From: Cyanophyceae cyanobacterium
Lineage (GTDB): Bacteria; Cyanobacteriota; Cyanobacteriia; Cyanobacteriales; Laspinemataceae
Length of the DNA: 42,919 nucleotides
Assembly (NCBI GenBank): GCA_038321985.1
Contig: JBBQFN010000043.1
Coordinates: 1 to 42,919, forward strand
Reading direction: 5' to 3'
Position 1 is the stretch's first letter. Each line of letters opens with the position of its first letter. Both the position numbers and the translations under genes were made by a program. The notes below the pieces were generated by a model. The model made no database searches, was not told the DNA's origin, and worked only from the letters and a program-made list of their open reading frames with translations. Shown here piece after piece: positions 32,301 through 42,575 of the stretch.

Positions 32301-33004
32301 GCAATCGCTGCATTTTTTAGCTTAATAATGGGTTTAGCAATATTTTCCGCCAATAATAACCCTAAAGCTACCGCTAAAAGGGCAACCAATACAATTAGAA
32401 TTAAGTTAAATAGATTGGCCTGATAGGTATCATTAATAATAACTTCTTTTTCTCGTTGAAGTTGGTTAACGGATTCTGCAATTTGATGATTTATATTTTC
32501 AGAAAAAATTTCTTCTAATTCCTCTAAATTTTCATACATCTCCCAAGTGGTATTAGCTGCTTTACCCTGAGATTTTAGTTGAATAATTTGTTGAGAAATT
32601 TGGTCAATTTCTTGAGTTATTTGATTAATTTTTATGAAAAATTTTCGATCTTCTCCCGCCAGGGAAGTTAGATTATCTAATTGAAATAGCCTTTTTTGTA
32701 ACTTTTCATAGGCTTCTTGATACTCACCGGTTTCTTCCTCTACAAAGCTAGGGGTATTGTTGCTGTTGTCTCCGAGACTCTCTAATTCGGATTTTAGTAA
32801 AGCGTAAGTGGCTACTTCAGTTATCATCCGCAAAGAAGCTACTTTAATTTCCTCTAAGGCAATAATCCTCGGAACTTGATTAGTAGAAATTTCCTCAATT
32901 TTTTTACTGATAGTATGATTGGAACTAACATGAGTAATACCCAGGAGAGCGACAACGGCGGTTAACCCCAAAAAGCTCGACACCAATTTTGTTTGTAACT
33001 TCAT
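29396..33004 (-). CDS. Multi-sensor histidine kinase (periplasmic 4-helix domain, HAMP, three PAS, GAF, HisKA, HATPase)
   Basis: Two TMs, HAMP (EIGILAKAFNNM), PAS ends (DIRERK, DITQRK, DITDRK), H-box AGVAHEINNP, FDPFFTTKPVGAGTGLGLSI. Confidence 0.94.
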   Translation of the reverse strand: MKLQTKLVSSFLGLTAVVALLGITHVSSNHTISKKIEEISTNQVPRIIALEEIKVASLRMITEVATYALLKSELESLGDNSNNTPSFVEEETGEYQEAYEKLQKRLFQLDNLTSLAGEDRKFFIKINQITQEIDQISQQIIQLKSQGKAANTTWEMYENLEELEEIFSENINHQIAESVNQLQREKEVIINDTYQANLFNLILIVLVALLAVALGLLLAENIAKPIIKLKNAAIAIGQGKLDVRVNINSRSEIGILAKAFNNMAEELTKKTVSKHYVDNIFKSLIDALIILNPDGTIRDFNFATLFLLGYEDDTELLGQSISTLLKDRVTYDELATQAGIANSLIGRKEVEFLSKEGEIIPVYFSASVMRKDEGSVEAVVCLVQDIRERKRAEAALRESEHRYHTLAAISPVGIFRINRGGEFLYLNDRLSQITGLSEKQAREGHWFEAIHPNDRDRVIQEWNDAAKEQLPFQSEFRFLHDNGIERWVWGQAVCQTDKDGNGSDYVGTIADITQRKHMEDALQQANDELETRVQNRTSELRQTLEQLQKESLERKLVAEALHESQERLNGILQSIDDVLWSVSGANLEVLYLSPAVETIYQRPPSAFFENFNLWQEVIYPQDRSVVNLAFQNSLETGSSDLEYRIVRPSGDVRWLRQRTRLVRDRDGSPLRIDGIASDITDRKLAEAKLRKSELRYRKLAKQESIINRLTDQIRNSLEIDTILQTAVSEIRSLLQIDRCLFIWYRPHGVANKKSHNGSTPSFSSCWEVVKESRTPDLPSLLGCYPTDPDSSFIAKLLNRETIRVDDVSQSSNLDYQKLQAAWGYQAFVAVPIQTLNGDIGLISCGQCQGPRRWSDRELLLLKAIANQVAIAISQAELYTRATDSARHAREKAQQLQQTLRELQKTQTQLIQTEKMSSLGQMVAGVAHEINNPVSFIYGNIEPANEYIQNLLHLLDLYQTHYAEPDLEIQELIEEIDLEFIIDDLPKLLASMKIGANRIREIVLSLRNFSRLDEAQMKSVNLHEGIDSTLLILQNRLKAKPGRPEIKVIKEYNTLPLIECYGGELNQVFMNLISNAIDAVEQPLSKNNSKQNSAPVSGNNNQTESAATVAIASYSPYIRIQTSRQGNNRVELRISDNGIGMTKEVIQRIFDPFFTTKPVGAGTGLGLSISYQIVVEKHRGKLDCISAPGKGTEFLISLPIHPE

Positions 33005-33395
33005 TTTGTTTTGAAGAAAGAATAAAAATAAAGGGAAATATAGGGCCGGGAAATTTAGGGATTAAGTCGATTCAAGAATTGACTTAGCTGGGGTGAAAAT
33101 AGCCCGCCTGAGAAGAAATCTATTCGGTAGATGCGGGCGATCGCTGCTGTACCTCTCCCTGGATGCTGACAGGCAATGCGCTTTTTGAGATCCACCCTTG
33201 CGGAACCGAAACCTGGGACTTTGCACCCATCAGCCATCGAGTGGTTCCGGATGCCGAAGAACTTCCCCCAGAATTTAGAGCGATCGCCACTGAAGCTAAG
33301 GGGGGGTCCATTCGCACTCAACGAGTCAGAATGGCAACGGCGCTCAGTGCTACTCTATTGTAAGAGTTCCCGTTTCACCTGTTGATTTGACTAGA

Positions 33396-34190
33396 ATGTT
33401 TTTATTTATTTCTAAACTTCTGCCAATATTTATTTACCCCCTCGGACTGAGTTGCCTATTAATGTTGGTTGCATTGTTCACCGTATGGAGACGTCCGAGA
33501 TGGGCATCGGTGGCGATCGCCTCAGCATTGATGATATTGCTCCTCAGCAGTAATGGATGGGTTGCCAATGGCATCGCCCGCTCCCTAGAATGGCAGCATT
33601 TACCCTCGACTGAACTCCCCAACGCAGCGGCGATCGTCGTGTTAGGCGGTGGCATCAAACCAGCCATTTATCCCCGTCCCGGGGCAGATGTGAGCGAAGC
33701 AGGCGATCGGGTCCTTTATGGGGCCGAACTCTACAACCAAGGAAAAGCACCCGTAGTTATTCTCTCCGGGGGTCGCATTGAATGGAAAGGCGGAGGACCT
33801 CCGGAAGCCGAAGACATGGCCCAAATTGTAGCAGCAATGGGGGTTCCCCCTTCCGCGATTCTCCTTGAGCCCAATTCCCTCAATACCTACGAAAATGCAG
33901 TGGAAGTCCGGAAACTGTTAGAAGCGCGTGGCATCGAAAAGCGGGTACTGCTCGTTACCTCCGCTACCCATATGCCGCGATCGCTTCTGATCTTCAAACG
34001 TCAAGGTATTGATGCGATTCCTGCACCCACGGATTTTCTCGTCTCTCAACAGGAACTCGACGAACTCTCCGAATCCTGGCAATCGGTTACCCTGAATATT
34101 CTCCCCGAAGCCTCTCGCCTCCAACAAACCACCCAATCTCTAAAAGAATATATTGGTACAATCGTCTACCGTCTCAAAGGTTGGTTATAG
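33396..34190 (+). CDS. YdcF/ElyC (DUF218) family membrane protein
   Basis: AIVVLGGG, ILSGG, SLNTYENA, LLVTSATHMPRS, KEYIG motifs. Confidence 0.92.
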   Translation: MFLFISKLLPIFIYPLGLSCLLMLVALFTVWRRPRWASVAIASALMILLLSSNGWVANGIARSLEWQHLPSTELPNAAAIVVLGGGIKPAIYPRPGADVSEAGDRVLYGAELYNQGKAPVVILSGGRIEWKGGGPPEAEDMAQIVAAMGVPPSAILLEPNSLNTYENAVEVRKLLEARGIEKRVLLVTSATHMPRSLLIFKRQGIDAIPAPTDFLVSQQELDELSESWQSVTLNILPEASRLQQTTQSLKEYIGTIVYRLKGWL

Positions 34191-34379
34191 CAGAAATTTG
34201 CCTCCTATCCCGGCCCTGAGAGGCAAATGCTAGAATCGGGGGAGTTACCCTAGAGCATCGGTATTGAGCTTAGAAACCGGGTTGTTTTATAAAATTCCTA
34301 CCTTTTTGCAGCTAGTTAAAACCGCAACTCGGCTTCCCTAGCCCATCTAAATCATCCTGACAATAGACTTGAAGGAGTG

Positions 34380-34422
34380 GGAGCATCTTGCTCCCTACTA
34401 GAGCAAGGGAGCAAGATGCTCC
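34380..34422. repeat. REP-like palindrome
   Basis: GGAGCATCTTGCTCCC-N11-GGGAGCAAGATGCTCC, perfect 16-bp arms, each itself near-palindromic. Confidence 0.7.
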
Positions 34423-34527
34423 AACGGACTTTAAAAATTCCCCAATTGATTTAGGAGGGCTTCTTGTAATCTAATCCCTACGCCGATGCCCTGGGGCTAT
34501 AGAAAAAAAGTTTTAGGTAAAAAAATT

Positions 34528-34755
34528 ATGATGCTTCCCAACGAGTTTCCTCAAATTGCACCCCTTCCTCAAGATGTGGCTCAAAATTTAGAATCCGCCA
34601 GAGTCACAAGGGAATTTTATCACGAGATGGAATATCGCCAAGCCTTTGAGGGGTACTGCCAGTGGTACTACCAGACGGCGGAGAGTCACCGCCAAGAGGT
34701 CCAAAAAATGCGGGGCGATATTAATATTCTGGGGTGGTTTACACGCCGTAAATAA
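34528..34755 (+). CDS. Small hypothetical protein
   Basis: MMLPNEFPQI...TREFYHEMEYRQAFEGYCQWYYQTAESHRQEVQKMRGDINILGWF, a pattern I associate with cyanobacterial hypotheticals. Confidence 0.75.
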   Translation: MMLPNEFPQIAPLPQDVAQNLESARVTREFYHEMEYRQAFEGYCQWYYQTAESHRQEVQKMRGDINILGWFTRRK

Positions 34756-34770
34756 TTATCAAAGTTTTCA

Positions 34771-34802
34771 ATTAGCAATTAGCAAGACCGCTAATTGCTA
34801 AT
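34771..34802. terminator. Inverted repeat between convergent genes, probable terminator
   Basis: ATTAGCAATTAGC-AAGACC-GCTAATTGCTAAT, built from a 7-bp unit. Confidence 0.55.
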
Positions 34803-34833
34803 GAGTCAGCTTTACAGAGAATTAGTCGAACTT

Positions 34834-35058
34834 TTATTCAATGGCTTCTATCTCATCTTCGCGAAAATGGGCTTTAAACTTTTTGTCAAATTGAACGTAG
34901 ACAGGTAGGTTAGCACTGACGGGTCTCCCGTGCCAGTCTGTAACGATGCCAATTACTTCGCCTTCGTGACCCTTGACATCATAGGGTTGATTGCGATGTT
35001 CGGGACTGTGGTAAACGATAACCGACTTTGTGATGCGGACGCGATCGCCAACTTTCAT
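34834..35058 (-). CDS. ftrV: Ferredoxin-thioredoxin reductase variable subunit
   Basis: MKVGDRVRI...VYHSPEHRNQPYDVKGHEGEV...WHGRPVSANLP...FKAHFREDE. Confidence 0.93.
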   Translation of the reverse strand: MKVGDRVRITKSVIVYHSPEHRNQPYDVKGHEGEVIGIVTDWHGRPVSANLPVYVQFDKKFKAHFREDEIEAIE

Positions 35059-35233
35059 AGATCTCTCAAACGCTAATGTTCTCTTCTCTTACCGACTGCA
35101 CCCACCAAAAGTGCAAGGGTTTCAGTATCTTATCAAACAGCCTTTCTATAATCTCATAATTGGGAGATACAGCGGCGTAGATAGGGCAGAAACGGGAGAG
35201 GAAAGGCGCAAGGACCTTGGACCCTCGCCGGAT

Positions 35234-37150
35234 TTACTTACGTTGAAAAATTCTCTCCCGTAATGGTGTGAGTCCTCCGGCATCGATTTGCCACCAGGCA
35301 GCAAAGCCAACGGCTGCACTGAGTAAGGTTACGGCGACCAGGAGGGCGATGGTTTGGGGGCGGGTCAATCCACGGCGATCGCCCTTGGACCTGCGGCGAC
35401 GGCCCGGTTCGGGCTCTTCGTCTTCATAAAGCAGGGCCTTAGAGGCATCAGACAGTTCATCCTCCGATAACCCCGTTGGCGGCAGTTGAGTCGGATCGAA
35501 CAGGACCAGTTTTTCTGGAGAGATGCGGCAATAGCTGAGGACAACGGAAACGTTATCATGGCCGTTCTTTTCATTGGCGAGGTCCACCCACCATTGGGCG
35601 GCTGTTTCCACGGAAATTGCTCCGCTAAACAGATTATGGGCGCAATCGGACCAAAATTTTTCGACGAGATCGTTATCGCTTAATCCGTCGGAACACAGTA
35701 GTAGCAAGCCGTCTTCTTCCAAGAGGAACCGTTGAATCTGTGGGCGCAACAAATCCCCTTCCCGAGTTCCTAAAGCCTGGGTGAGGGCCCCTCCATCCCG
35801 TCTTCGCACCGCTTGGGAATAAGGGGCGCGACCGAGTCGGACCTCTCGGGAGGCGACATCATCATCTACGGTGAGTTGTTGACAATAGTTCGGGGTAATC
35901 CAGTAGGCGCGACTGTCGCCAATATGAATCACATACAGTTCGTGGGCATTGGCAAATTCGGTGCCGCTGGGGGTGGTAACTTTTTGGGGGAGTTGTAGAG
36001 TCATGGCTAAGGTAGTCCCCATGCGCTGTCGGGAGGCCCTTCCTTGTTTGTCATTTTGGGAGGCGATCGTATTGTTGACGACGCGCAGAATGGCCTCTAA
36101 CTGTTCGCTGACCACCTCGGGCATGGCGAGTCCCGGTTCTTCAGCGATTTCCCGCATGAGGGCTTGAATGGGCAATTTTAGGGTTTGGACGGCCAGTTGA
36201 CTGGCGACCTCTCCCCCTTCGTGACCCCCGACACCATCGCAGACGATCGCTAAGTGATTAAGCAGGGGGTGCTCGTGGGGTTTATCGGTTTGGGCGATGT
36301 CGTTAAGGGTGGGGTAGCAGGAATCTTCGTTGTGATGGCGATTGGGTCCCGAATCGCTGATTCCGGCGACGCGTAGGCGCAGGGGTAATTGGGCGGTGAG
36401 TTCGAGGAGAAGTTGATTGACTTGGGGGGCGACTGCGTGGAATTCTGCATTCGGACGGCGCATCTGCTTGCCAATTTCTTGGAGGCGATCGCCCACTGGG
36501 GCGGCGACTTTCCCGGCCCAAGTTAACCAGTGATAGCCTAAATCTTGTAAATCGGGTTGGGTAATTAAACTCGCATCCCCATACAGTTCTCGCAACCAAA
36601 TGCGCGATCCCTGGACCCGGATATTATCGGCTTTGAGTAAACTAGAGGCCACTCCCAATTCCACTAATGGCATCCATAATTGCAGAATTTGCCATAACCA
36701 GTAAACTTGCCGGACCGGAGGAGTCTGGGGCCAGAGTTCCAACATTCCGGGGTAGAGATTCCCGGTTTTCCAATCTACGGGCACGTTGTCGAGTAATAAG
36801 AGATTGGCAGATTTTGAGCCTTCCCCGATGGGGCAGAACCCGTACACTTCAGGGATGTGAAGTCGATGGGGATATAATTTAAGATAGGCAAGAATGGCGT
36901 CGGGTAACGTCTCCGGAACGAAGGGGGTTAAGGTGGGTTTAGTATCCAGCCAAATTTGAGGAGTCACCACTTGATAGCGATCGCCCACTATTTCCCCGAT
37001 GGGATAGGCGGAGGCTGCGGAACCCACCGCCCACAAGTAGCGATACAGCAAAGGGGTTTGGCAAGTATCACAGAACCGATTTCCCACCGGGTTCTCAGGC
37101 TGGGTACAGGTTGGATTGGGACAATATAACGGTGGTTCAGAACTGCTCAT
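35234..37150 (-). CDS. PP2C-family Ser/Thr phosphatase with N-terminal 4-Cys zinc ribbon and C-terminal TM
   Basis: YCPNPTC...FCDTC; RHHNEDS, VCDGVGGHEGGEVAS, MGTT, HIGDSRAY, LCSDGL, GHDNVSV. Start ATG 37150 (alternative TTG 37165). Confidence 0.92.
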   Translation of the reverse strand: MSSSEPPLYCPNPTCTQPENPVGNRFCDTCQTPLLYRYLWAVGSAASAYPIGEIVGDRYQVVTPQIWLDTKPTLTPFVPETLPDAILAYLKLYPHRLHIPEVYGFCPIGEGSKSANLLLLDNVPVDWKTGNLYPGMLELWPQTPPVRQVYWLWQILQLWMPLVELGVASSLLKADNIRVQGSRIWLRELYGDASLITQPDLQDLGYHWLTWAGKVAAPVGDRLQEIGKQMRRPNAEFHAVAPQVNQLLLELTAQLPLRLRVAGISDSGPNRHHNEDSCYPTLNDIAQTDKPHEHPLLNHLAIVCDGVGGHEGGEVASQLAVQTLKLPIQALMREIAEEPGLAMPEVVSEQLEAILRVVNNTIASQNDKQGRASRQRMGTTLAMTLQLPQKVTTPSGTEFANAHELYVIHIGDSRAYWITPNYCQQLTVDDDVASREVRLGRAPYSQAVRRRDGGALTQALGTREGDLLRPQIQRFLLEEDGLLLLCSDGLSDNDLVEKFWSDCAHNLFSGAISVETAAQWWVDLANEKNGHDNVSVVLSYCRISPEKLVLFDPTQLPPTGLSEDELSDASKALLYEDEEPEPGRRRRSKGDRRGLTRPQTIALLVAVTLLSAAVGFAAWWQIDAGGLTPLRERIFQRK

Positions 37151-37426
37151 AATCTCTGCGTACAATGACAGTATGAAAAGAAGCCGATCGTTCCTGGCGA
37201 TCGGTCCACAGCCAGCCTACACTGGTTGTAGCTACTCCAAACAGCCTCGAAAGCTACAGTGCTGCCAGTCGGTGAACGCCCATGGCAAGATTTTTGTTAC
37301 TGGATGGACCAGGGGTCGGTAAATTGACGAGGAAGACCCCATTAATTTTATATCTAACCCAGTCGAATCGGCGATCGCGACCTGAACACAATCTAGTCAT
37401 CTATCTTAACCTTGGAAGTAGACGCT

Positions 37427-37900
37427 ATGGCACTTGACCCCCTCTCTGCCATTCTCCTGTTTTTTACCCAGCTTAATCCGGCAGTCTTCTGGTTAGCCGT
37501 TGGAATCATTCTGTGCGTAATGGAACTGGTTCTCCCCACTGCCTTTGTGGAATTTCTGCCGGGAGTCAGCGCCCTGATTGTTGCCGGACTCTCTTTATTT
37601 ATACCCAGTTTTCTGATTCAGGTGGTGTTATGGGTGGGACTGTCTGCCGCCTTGATCGTCTTTTCTAGGCGCTTGTTGTCTAAGCAAAAAGCCCCCCACT
37701 CCTTAGCAGAAGCACAGGAGGCCCGAACCTTAACGGAAATCCCCGTGGGAGAGGCAGGACGCGTGATCTGTGATGGCAACTCTTGGCGGGCTAAATGTTC
37801 AGATCCAGAAATGGCGATCGCCCCCCATCAATCTGTGTTCGTTGTTGGACGCCAAGGTAATACCTTGATTGTCATTCCGGAACATCTTTTGCATTCGTAA
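37427..37900 (+). CDS. NfeD family protein
   Basis: Hydrophobic N-terminus ([17 protein letters not shown]) and OB-fold [12 protein letters not shown]...[11 protein letters not shown]; directly upstream of an SPFH gene. Confidence 0.9.
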   Translation: MALDPLSAILLFFTQLNPAVFWLAVGIILCVMELVLPTAFVEFLPGVSALIVAGLSLFIPSFLIQVVLWVGLSAALIVFSRRLLSKQKAPHSLAEAQEARTLTEIPVGEAGRVICDGNSWRAKCSDPEMAIAPHQSVFVVGRQGNTLIVIPEHLLHS

Positions 37901-37959
37901 AAGCAGCCGAAACAGACTCAATTTCCTCAAGTTTGAACTTTAATTTTTGGAGGTTTACG

Positions 37960-38913
37960 GTGGAACAATTCATACTAATTATAGTTTTAGCTCTCGGTGG
38001 TTCTGCCCTAGCTGGTAGCGTCAAAATTATTAATCAAGGGAATGAAGCCTTGGTTGAAACCCTGGGAAAATATAACGGCAGAAAGCTGGAACCTGGACTG
38101 AGACTACTCACTCCTTTTTTGGATAAAGTGGTCTATAAAGGAACGATTCGAGAAAAAGTTCTAGACATTCCTCCCCAGCAATGTATCACCCGCGATAATG
38201 TTTCAATTAGTGTAGATGCGGTGGTCTATTGGCGGATTATGAACATGGAAAAAGCCTACTATAAAGTAGAAAATCTCCAATCTGCAATGGTCAATCTAGT
38301 CCTGACGCAAATTCGCTCAGAAATGGGCAAAATGGAACTAGACGAAACCTTTACCGCCCGGTCTGAAATTAACGAGATTTTATTGCGAGAATTGGATATT
38401 TCCACCGACCCCTGGGGCGTGAAAGTAACCCGAGTGGAACTGCGGGATATCGTCCCCTCCAAAGCGGTGCAAGATTCAATGGAATTACAAATGGCAGCGG
38501 AACGGCGCAAACGGGCCACCATTTTAACCTCAGAAGGGGAACGGGAGTCAGCCGTTAATAGTGCCCGAGGTAAAGCAGAAGCACATATTTTAGATGCCGA
38601 AGCTCGTCAAAAAGCTGTGATTTTGGATGCGGAAGCGCAACAAAAGACAATTGTTTTAAAAGCCCAAGCGGTGCGTCAAGAACAAGTGCTCAAAGCTCAA
38701 GCTACCGCAGAAGCACTCCAAATTATCACAAAAACGCTCAAAAATGACCCGGATACGCGTGAATCTTTACATTTTTTAATGGCTCAACAATATATGGAGA
38801 TGGGGTTAAAAATTGGGGAAAGTGAAAGCAGTAAAGTAATGTTTATGGACCCCCGAACCATTCCCGCTACCCTAGAAGGAATGAGATCAATTGTTAGTGA
38901 AGAAGAACGGTAA
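37960..38913 (+). CDS. SPFH/stomatin-like (band 7) protein
   Basis: [52 protein letters not shown] precedes GTG 37960. Confidence 0.93.
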   Translation: MEQFILIIVLALGGSALAGSVKIINQGNEALVETLGKYNGRKLEPGLRLLTPFLDKVVYKGTIREKVLDIPPQQCITRDNVSISVDAVVYWRIMNMEKAYYKVENLQSAMVNLVLTQIRSEMGKMELDETFTARSEINEILLRELDISTDPWGVKVTRVELRDIVPSKAVQDSMELQMAAERRKRATILTSEGERESAVNSARGKAEAHILDAEARQKAVILDAEAQQKTIVLKAQAVRQEQVLKAQATAEALQIITKTLKNDPDTRESLHFLMAQQYMEMGLKIGESESSKVMFMDPRTIPATLEGMRSIVSEEER

Positions 38914-38939
38914 TGATGAGGGGAAATAGTTTGGGGGAT

Positions 38940-39043
38940 AACGACTGAAGTCGGGACACCGAACTCCGATAAAAACGACTAAAGTCGTGACCCAGAACAG
39001 GAGAACTTGTATTTCCGATGTTGGTAGTAACGACTTTAGTCGT
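38940..39043. repeat. Cluster of three REP-like ACGACT(G/A/T)(A/T)AGTCG palindromic units
   Basis: AACGACTGAAGTCGG (about 38940), AACGACTAAAGTCGT (about 38973) and inverted GTAGTAACGACTTTAGTCGT (about 39024-39043), between convergent genes. Confidence 0.75.
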
Positions 39044-39061
39044 GAGCCGGGTCCGCCCAAA

Positions 39062-39463
39062 TTAGACCCCGCCATTTTGTTGTAATAAATGGCATTTATC
39101 GCACAAGCCAAAAAACTCTAAGGTGTGGTAAAAAATTTTAAACTGATGAGACTGTTGCAGTTCATTTTCTAACTGATGAACCGGACATTCATCCAGGGGA
39201 AGTGATATTCCGCACTGTAAGCAAGTCAAGTGATGGCGGTCCTGTTTCAAAGAACTATAAAGTGACTCCCCATTTGCCAAGGTCCGCACCTGAACTAACC
39301 CTTCCAGCTTCAACGCTTCCAAGGCGCGATAGACCGTGGCGAGACTGACGTTTTGGTTGCGATGACGCAACTCAACATAAATATCTTGCGCCGAAATGGA
39401 ATCGTTGAGGGTTTTGAGGAAATTGAGAATGCGTTCTTGAGACCGGGTGCGTTTGACTGTCAT
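39062..39463 (-). CDS. zur: Fur-family regulator, Zur (FurB)-like
   Basis: RTRSQERIL, SAQDIYVELR, LATVYRAL, HHLTCLQCG and HTLEFFGLCDKC, resembling cyanobacterial Zur/FurB; divergent from purS. Confidence 0.85.
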   Translation of the reverse strand: MTVKRTRSQERILNFLKTLNDSISAQDIYVELRHRNQNVSLATVYRALEALKLEGLVQVRTLANGESLYSSLKQDRHHLTCLQCGISLPLDECPVHQLENELQQSHQFKIFYHTLEFFGLCDKCHLLQQNGGV

Positions 39464-39626
39464 GGGTACTGGATTAAGGTCGGCATTGGGGGTCGCGTCC
39501 GCGCTACATTGCTGAAGTTAGACGAGTTTGAGGGTTTAGAAAAACCCAGGGTGTCAGTTTGAGGATTAAAATAAAGGATGCTGTGGCATCTAATCGCATT
39601 ATCACCAGAAGTTAGGGCGGATTGTT

Positions 39627-39911
39627 GTGACTTTAAAGAAATATCAGGCTCATATCTATGTTACTCTGCGCCCTTCAGTTTTGGATCCGGCAGGGACTGC
39701 TGTCGAGTCGGGACTGAAAAAAATGGGCGATCGCAATGTGGAGGGGGTGCGGATTGGCAAGTATGTAGAATTGAACATCACCTCAAACTCCTCAGAAGAA
39801 GCAACAGAACAACTCGATCGCATCTGTGACCAGCTTTTGGCAAATCCAGTGATTGAGAACTATCGCTTTGAGTTAGTTGAGGTTGCAACCATGATGAATG
39901 CGGGGGCATAA
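39627..39911 (+). CDS. purS: Phosphoribosylformylglycinamidine synthase subunit PurS
   Basis: VTLRPSVLDPAGTAV, VRIGKYVEL, LLANPVIENY. Confidence 0.96.
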   Translation: MTLKKYQAHIYVTLRPSVLDPAGTAVESGLKKMGDRNVEGVRIGKYVELNITSNSSEEATEQLDRICDQLLANPVIENYRFELVEVATMMNAGA

Positions 39912-39914
39912 AGC

Positions 39915-40616
39915 ATGAAATTTGGAATTGTAGTGTTTCCGGGTTCCAATTGCGATCGCGATGTGGCCTATGTGACTCAAGGGTTACTCAATATGCCCAC
40001 GCGGTTAGTCTGGCATCAGGAAACGGATATTTCCGATTTAGATGTGGTGGTGTTACCGGGCGGATTCAGTTACGGGGATTATTTGCGCTGTGGGGCGATC
40101 GCCCAATTTTCTCCGGTGATGGCTGAAATCATCAAACACGCCGAAAAGGGGAAATTAGTCCTGGGAATTTGTAATGGGTTCCAAGTCCTAACGGAAGCGG
40201 GACTGCTGCCAGGGGCGCTGATTAGAAATCGAGACTTGCATTTTATCTGCGATCGCGTCCCTGTGAAGGTGGAAAATATCCGTCTGCCTTGGACTTCTGC
40301 CTACAAATCTGGAGAAATCATCTCCCTGCCGATCGCCCACGGGGAGGGACGCTACTATGCCGATGCGGATACCCTAGCCCAACTCGAAGACAATAGACAA
40401 ATCCTGTTCCGCTATTGTAGCCCTTCAGGGGAAGTCACCCCGAGTGGCAATCCCAATGGGTCCTTAAACCAGATTGCCGGGATCTGCAATCCCCAGGGGA
40501 ATGTGTTAGGGATGATGCCTCATCCAGAACGGGCATCCGACCGGATGTTGGGGGATACGGACGGAATGAAACTGTTTGAAAGTGTGTTAGCATCGGCGAT
40601 CGCTCACGTGGGATAG
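39915..40616 (+). CDS. purQ: Phosphoribosylformylglycinamidine synthase subunit PurQ
   Basis: [47 protein letters not shown]. Confidence 0.97.
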   Translation: MKFGIVVFPGSNCDRDVAYVTQGLLNMPTRLVWHQETDISDLDVVVLPGGFSYGDYLRCGAIAQFSPVMAEIIKHAEKGKLVLGICNGFQVLTEAGLLPGALIRNRDLHFICDRVPVKVENIRLPWTSAYKSGEIISLPIAHGEGRYYADADTLAQLEDNRQILFRYCSPSGEVTPSGNPNGSLNQIAGICNPQGNVLGMMPHPERASDRMLGDTDGMKLFESVLASAIAHVG

Positions 40617-40928
40617 ACCTCGTTACTACAGGTATCTTCTCTAACCCCCCGAGGGACATGGCAGTGCTATGTCCCTCATTTTACTGTTATTCCCGGATTA
40701 GAAAAACACTTTGGGCATTCGCGGTAATGGAAATAGAGTCTCAATTACGATAAGCTAGGATCGAAGTTCCTAAGAGACAAGAATAAGGAACAGGATATAT
40801 TCTGAACGGGCGAACAAATACGATTGTAAACGTCGTTGTTACTGGGAAACAAATTCAACCGTTATTAAAGTGTGGAACGAACCCAGGGAAACCCAGTTGT
40901 TAAGACTAAAGAAGGGAGGGAGATCATC

Positions 40929-41993
40929 GTGAGGTCACCTAAATTAATGGGATGGGTGTTAGCGTTGTCGGTGATGGTAACACCTGAGTTAGCAGTTGGA
41001 CAATCCATTGAACAACTCTCTCAACAAGGCAATAGCGCATTTAGTGCAGGAAACTATGCCGAAGCGGAACAGATCTGGCGTCAGGTGGTGACGAGTGATG
41101 CCAATAATCCAGGGGCTCATATCTGGTTAGGTTTATCCTTATTTTATCAAGATAAGGTCGATGAGGCGATCGCTCAATATCGGCAAGCGTTGGCCCTGGA
41201 TCCAAATAATGCCAGTGCGTATAATAATTTAGGGAATGCCCTAAGCGATCGCCAACAGTCAGAAGAGGCAATTTCAGCTTATCAGCAAGCGTTGCGCCTG
41301 AACCCGGATCAGGCTCAGACCTATTTTAATTTAGGGGTAGCCCTAACGGCACTGAAGCGAGGAAATGAGGCGATCGCCGCTTTTCGTCGCGCAGTTGAAC
41401 TGGATCCGACTGATGCCGAAGCGCAGGTGAAAACCGCGAATTTGCTACTCCGACAGAATCAGTTAGAGGAGGCGATCGCCAGTTATCGCACTGCGATCGG
41501 ACTTAACGCCAATGATGCCGAGGCACATCTGAATTTAGGGTTAGCGTTAGCTCGTCAGGATAAAGTGGAGGAGGCGATCGTCGCTTATCGACAAGCGCTA
41601 AATATTAATCCCAACCTCGCCGAAGTGCATAATAATTTGGGTGTGATGTTGCGAAGGCAGAATAAGTTAGCGGAAGCGATTGCCGCGTATGAACGAGCGA
41701 TCGCTATCTCACCGAACCTGGCTACAGCGTATAATGGGTTGGCCGGAGTGTATAGAGAACAGGGCAACCTGGACCAGGCGATCGCCACCTATCGCCGTGC
41801 CTTAGCCCTACCGGATAGGCCAGCTAACCCAGCCAGTGCTCATACTTTAGCCTATAATGGATTGGGGCTAGCCCTGCAACAACAAGGAAAAACTGCCGAG
41901 GCGATCGAGCAATTCCGACGGGCGATCGAACTCGCACCCAACTACGCACCCGCCCAATACAATCTCACTCAAGTACAGCAGCGATCGAATTAA
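40929..41993 (+). CDS. Exported tetratricopeptide repeat protein
   Basis: Signal-peptide-like N-terminus then about 9 TPR units (AYNNLGNAL...EEAISAYQQALRLNP); GTG after GGAGGG. Confidence 0.92.
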   Translation: MRSPKLMGWVLALSVMVTPELAVGQSIEQLSQQGNSAFSAGNYAEAEQIWRQVVTSDANNPGAHIWLGLSLFYQDKVDEAIAQYRQALALDPNNASAYNNLGNALSDRQQSEEAISAYQQALRLNPDQAQTYFNLGVALTALKRGNEAIAAFRRAVELDPTDAEAQVKTANLLLRQNQLEEAIASYRTAIGLNANDAEAHLNLGLALARQDKVEEAIVAYRQALNINPNLAEVHNNLGVMLRRQNKLAEAIAAYERAIAISPNLATAYNGLAGVYREQGNLDQAIATYRRALALPDRPANPASAHTLAYNGLGLALQQQGKTAEAIEQFRRAIELAPNYAPAQYNLTQVQQRSN

Positions 41994-42086
41994 TTCACCG
42001 TAAGGACGCGGTATTGCCGCGTCCTTTTCAAAATGAGAGATTTAATGTGAGATTTGTCAACCCTGAAATTTTTGTAAAATCTGTAA

Positions 42087-42575
42087 TCACTTCAACTCAA
42101 ACGGGGGAATATAGGCTTTAGAAAGCCAACCGATTTGTTCCAGTAGGGAAGCCCGGTCCCAATATAGCCGTTCATAAGCAATTTTCCCATTCCGAAACCC
42201 CACAATAATCACAAGTAACATTTCAACTCTTTTATGAGTGATGGGAATATTGGGAAGAACAAAAATGTCTTGGGAATGGGTGAAAGAAAAGCATTGCTCA
42301 TCTACAATTTGGTCATGACCTACGGTTCGAGAAATTAAGGTTCCTTGAATATCTGGGGGTAATTTACCTACGAAGTGATTGGCATAAAATTTCTCTATTT
42401 CTGCTTTACCCAAGGCAATAGTTGAGAGAGGAACCAGATTGACATAAGCATCCTCTGTCATCGTTGCCAATGCTGCTTTAACATCGTGGTGGAAAAATTC
42501 AGCAGCTTGATGGGCTTCCCAAATTTCTACTAAGGTTCGGTCAGAGGTTGGAGAAGACAAAGATGTAGTTTCCAT
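42087..42575 (-). CDS. SnoaL/NTF2-like (ester cyclase-type) protein
   Basis: WEAHQAAEFFHHDVKAALATM, ISRTVGHDQIVDE, FRNGKIAYERLYWDRASLLEQIG. Confidence 0.88.
   Translation of the reverse strand: METTSLSSPTSDRTLVEIWEAHQAAEFFHHDVKAALATMTEDAYVNLVPLSTIALGKAEIEKFYANHFVGKLPPDIQGTLISRTVGHDQIVDEQCFSFTHSQDIFVLPNIPITHKRVEMLLVIIVGFRNGKIAYERLYWDRASLLEQIGWLSKAYIPPFELK

Noticed and set aside
38940..39043. Possible mini CRISPR array
   Set aside because: Only three short degenerate units, one inverted, with irregular spacing and no cas genes; fits REP-like repeats.
40929..41993. Repeated GAGGCGATCGC motifs at roughly 102-bp spacing
   Set aside because: Explained by TPR coding repeats (EAIA) carrying HIP1; not a non-coding array.
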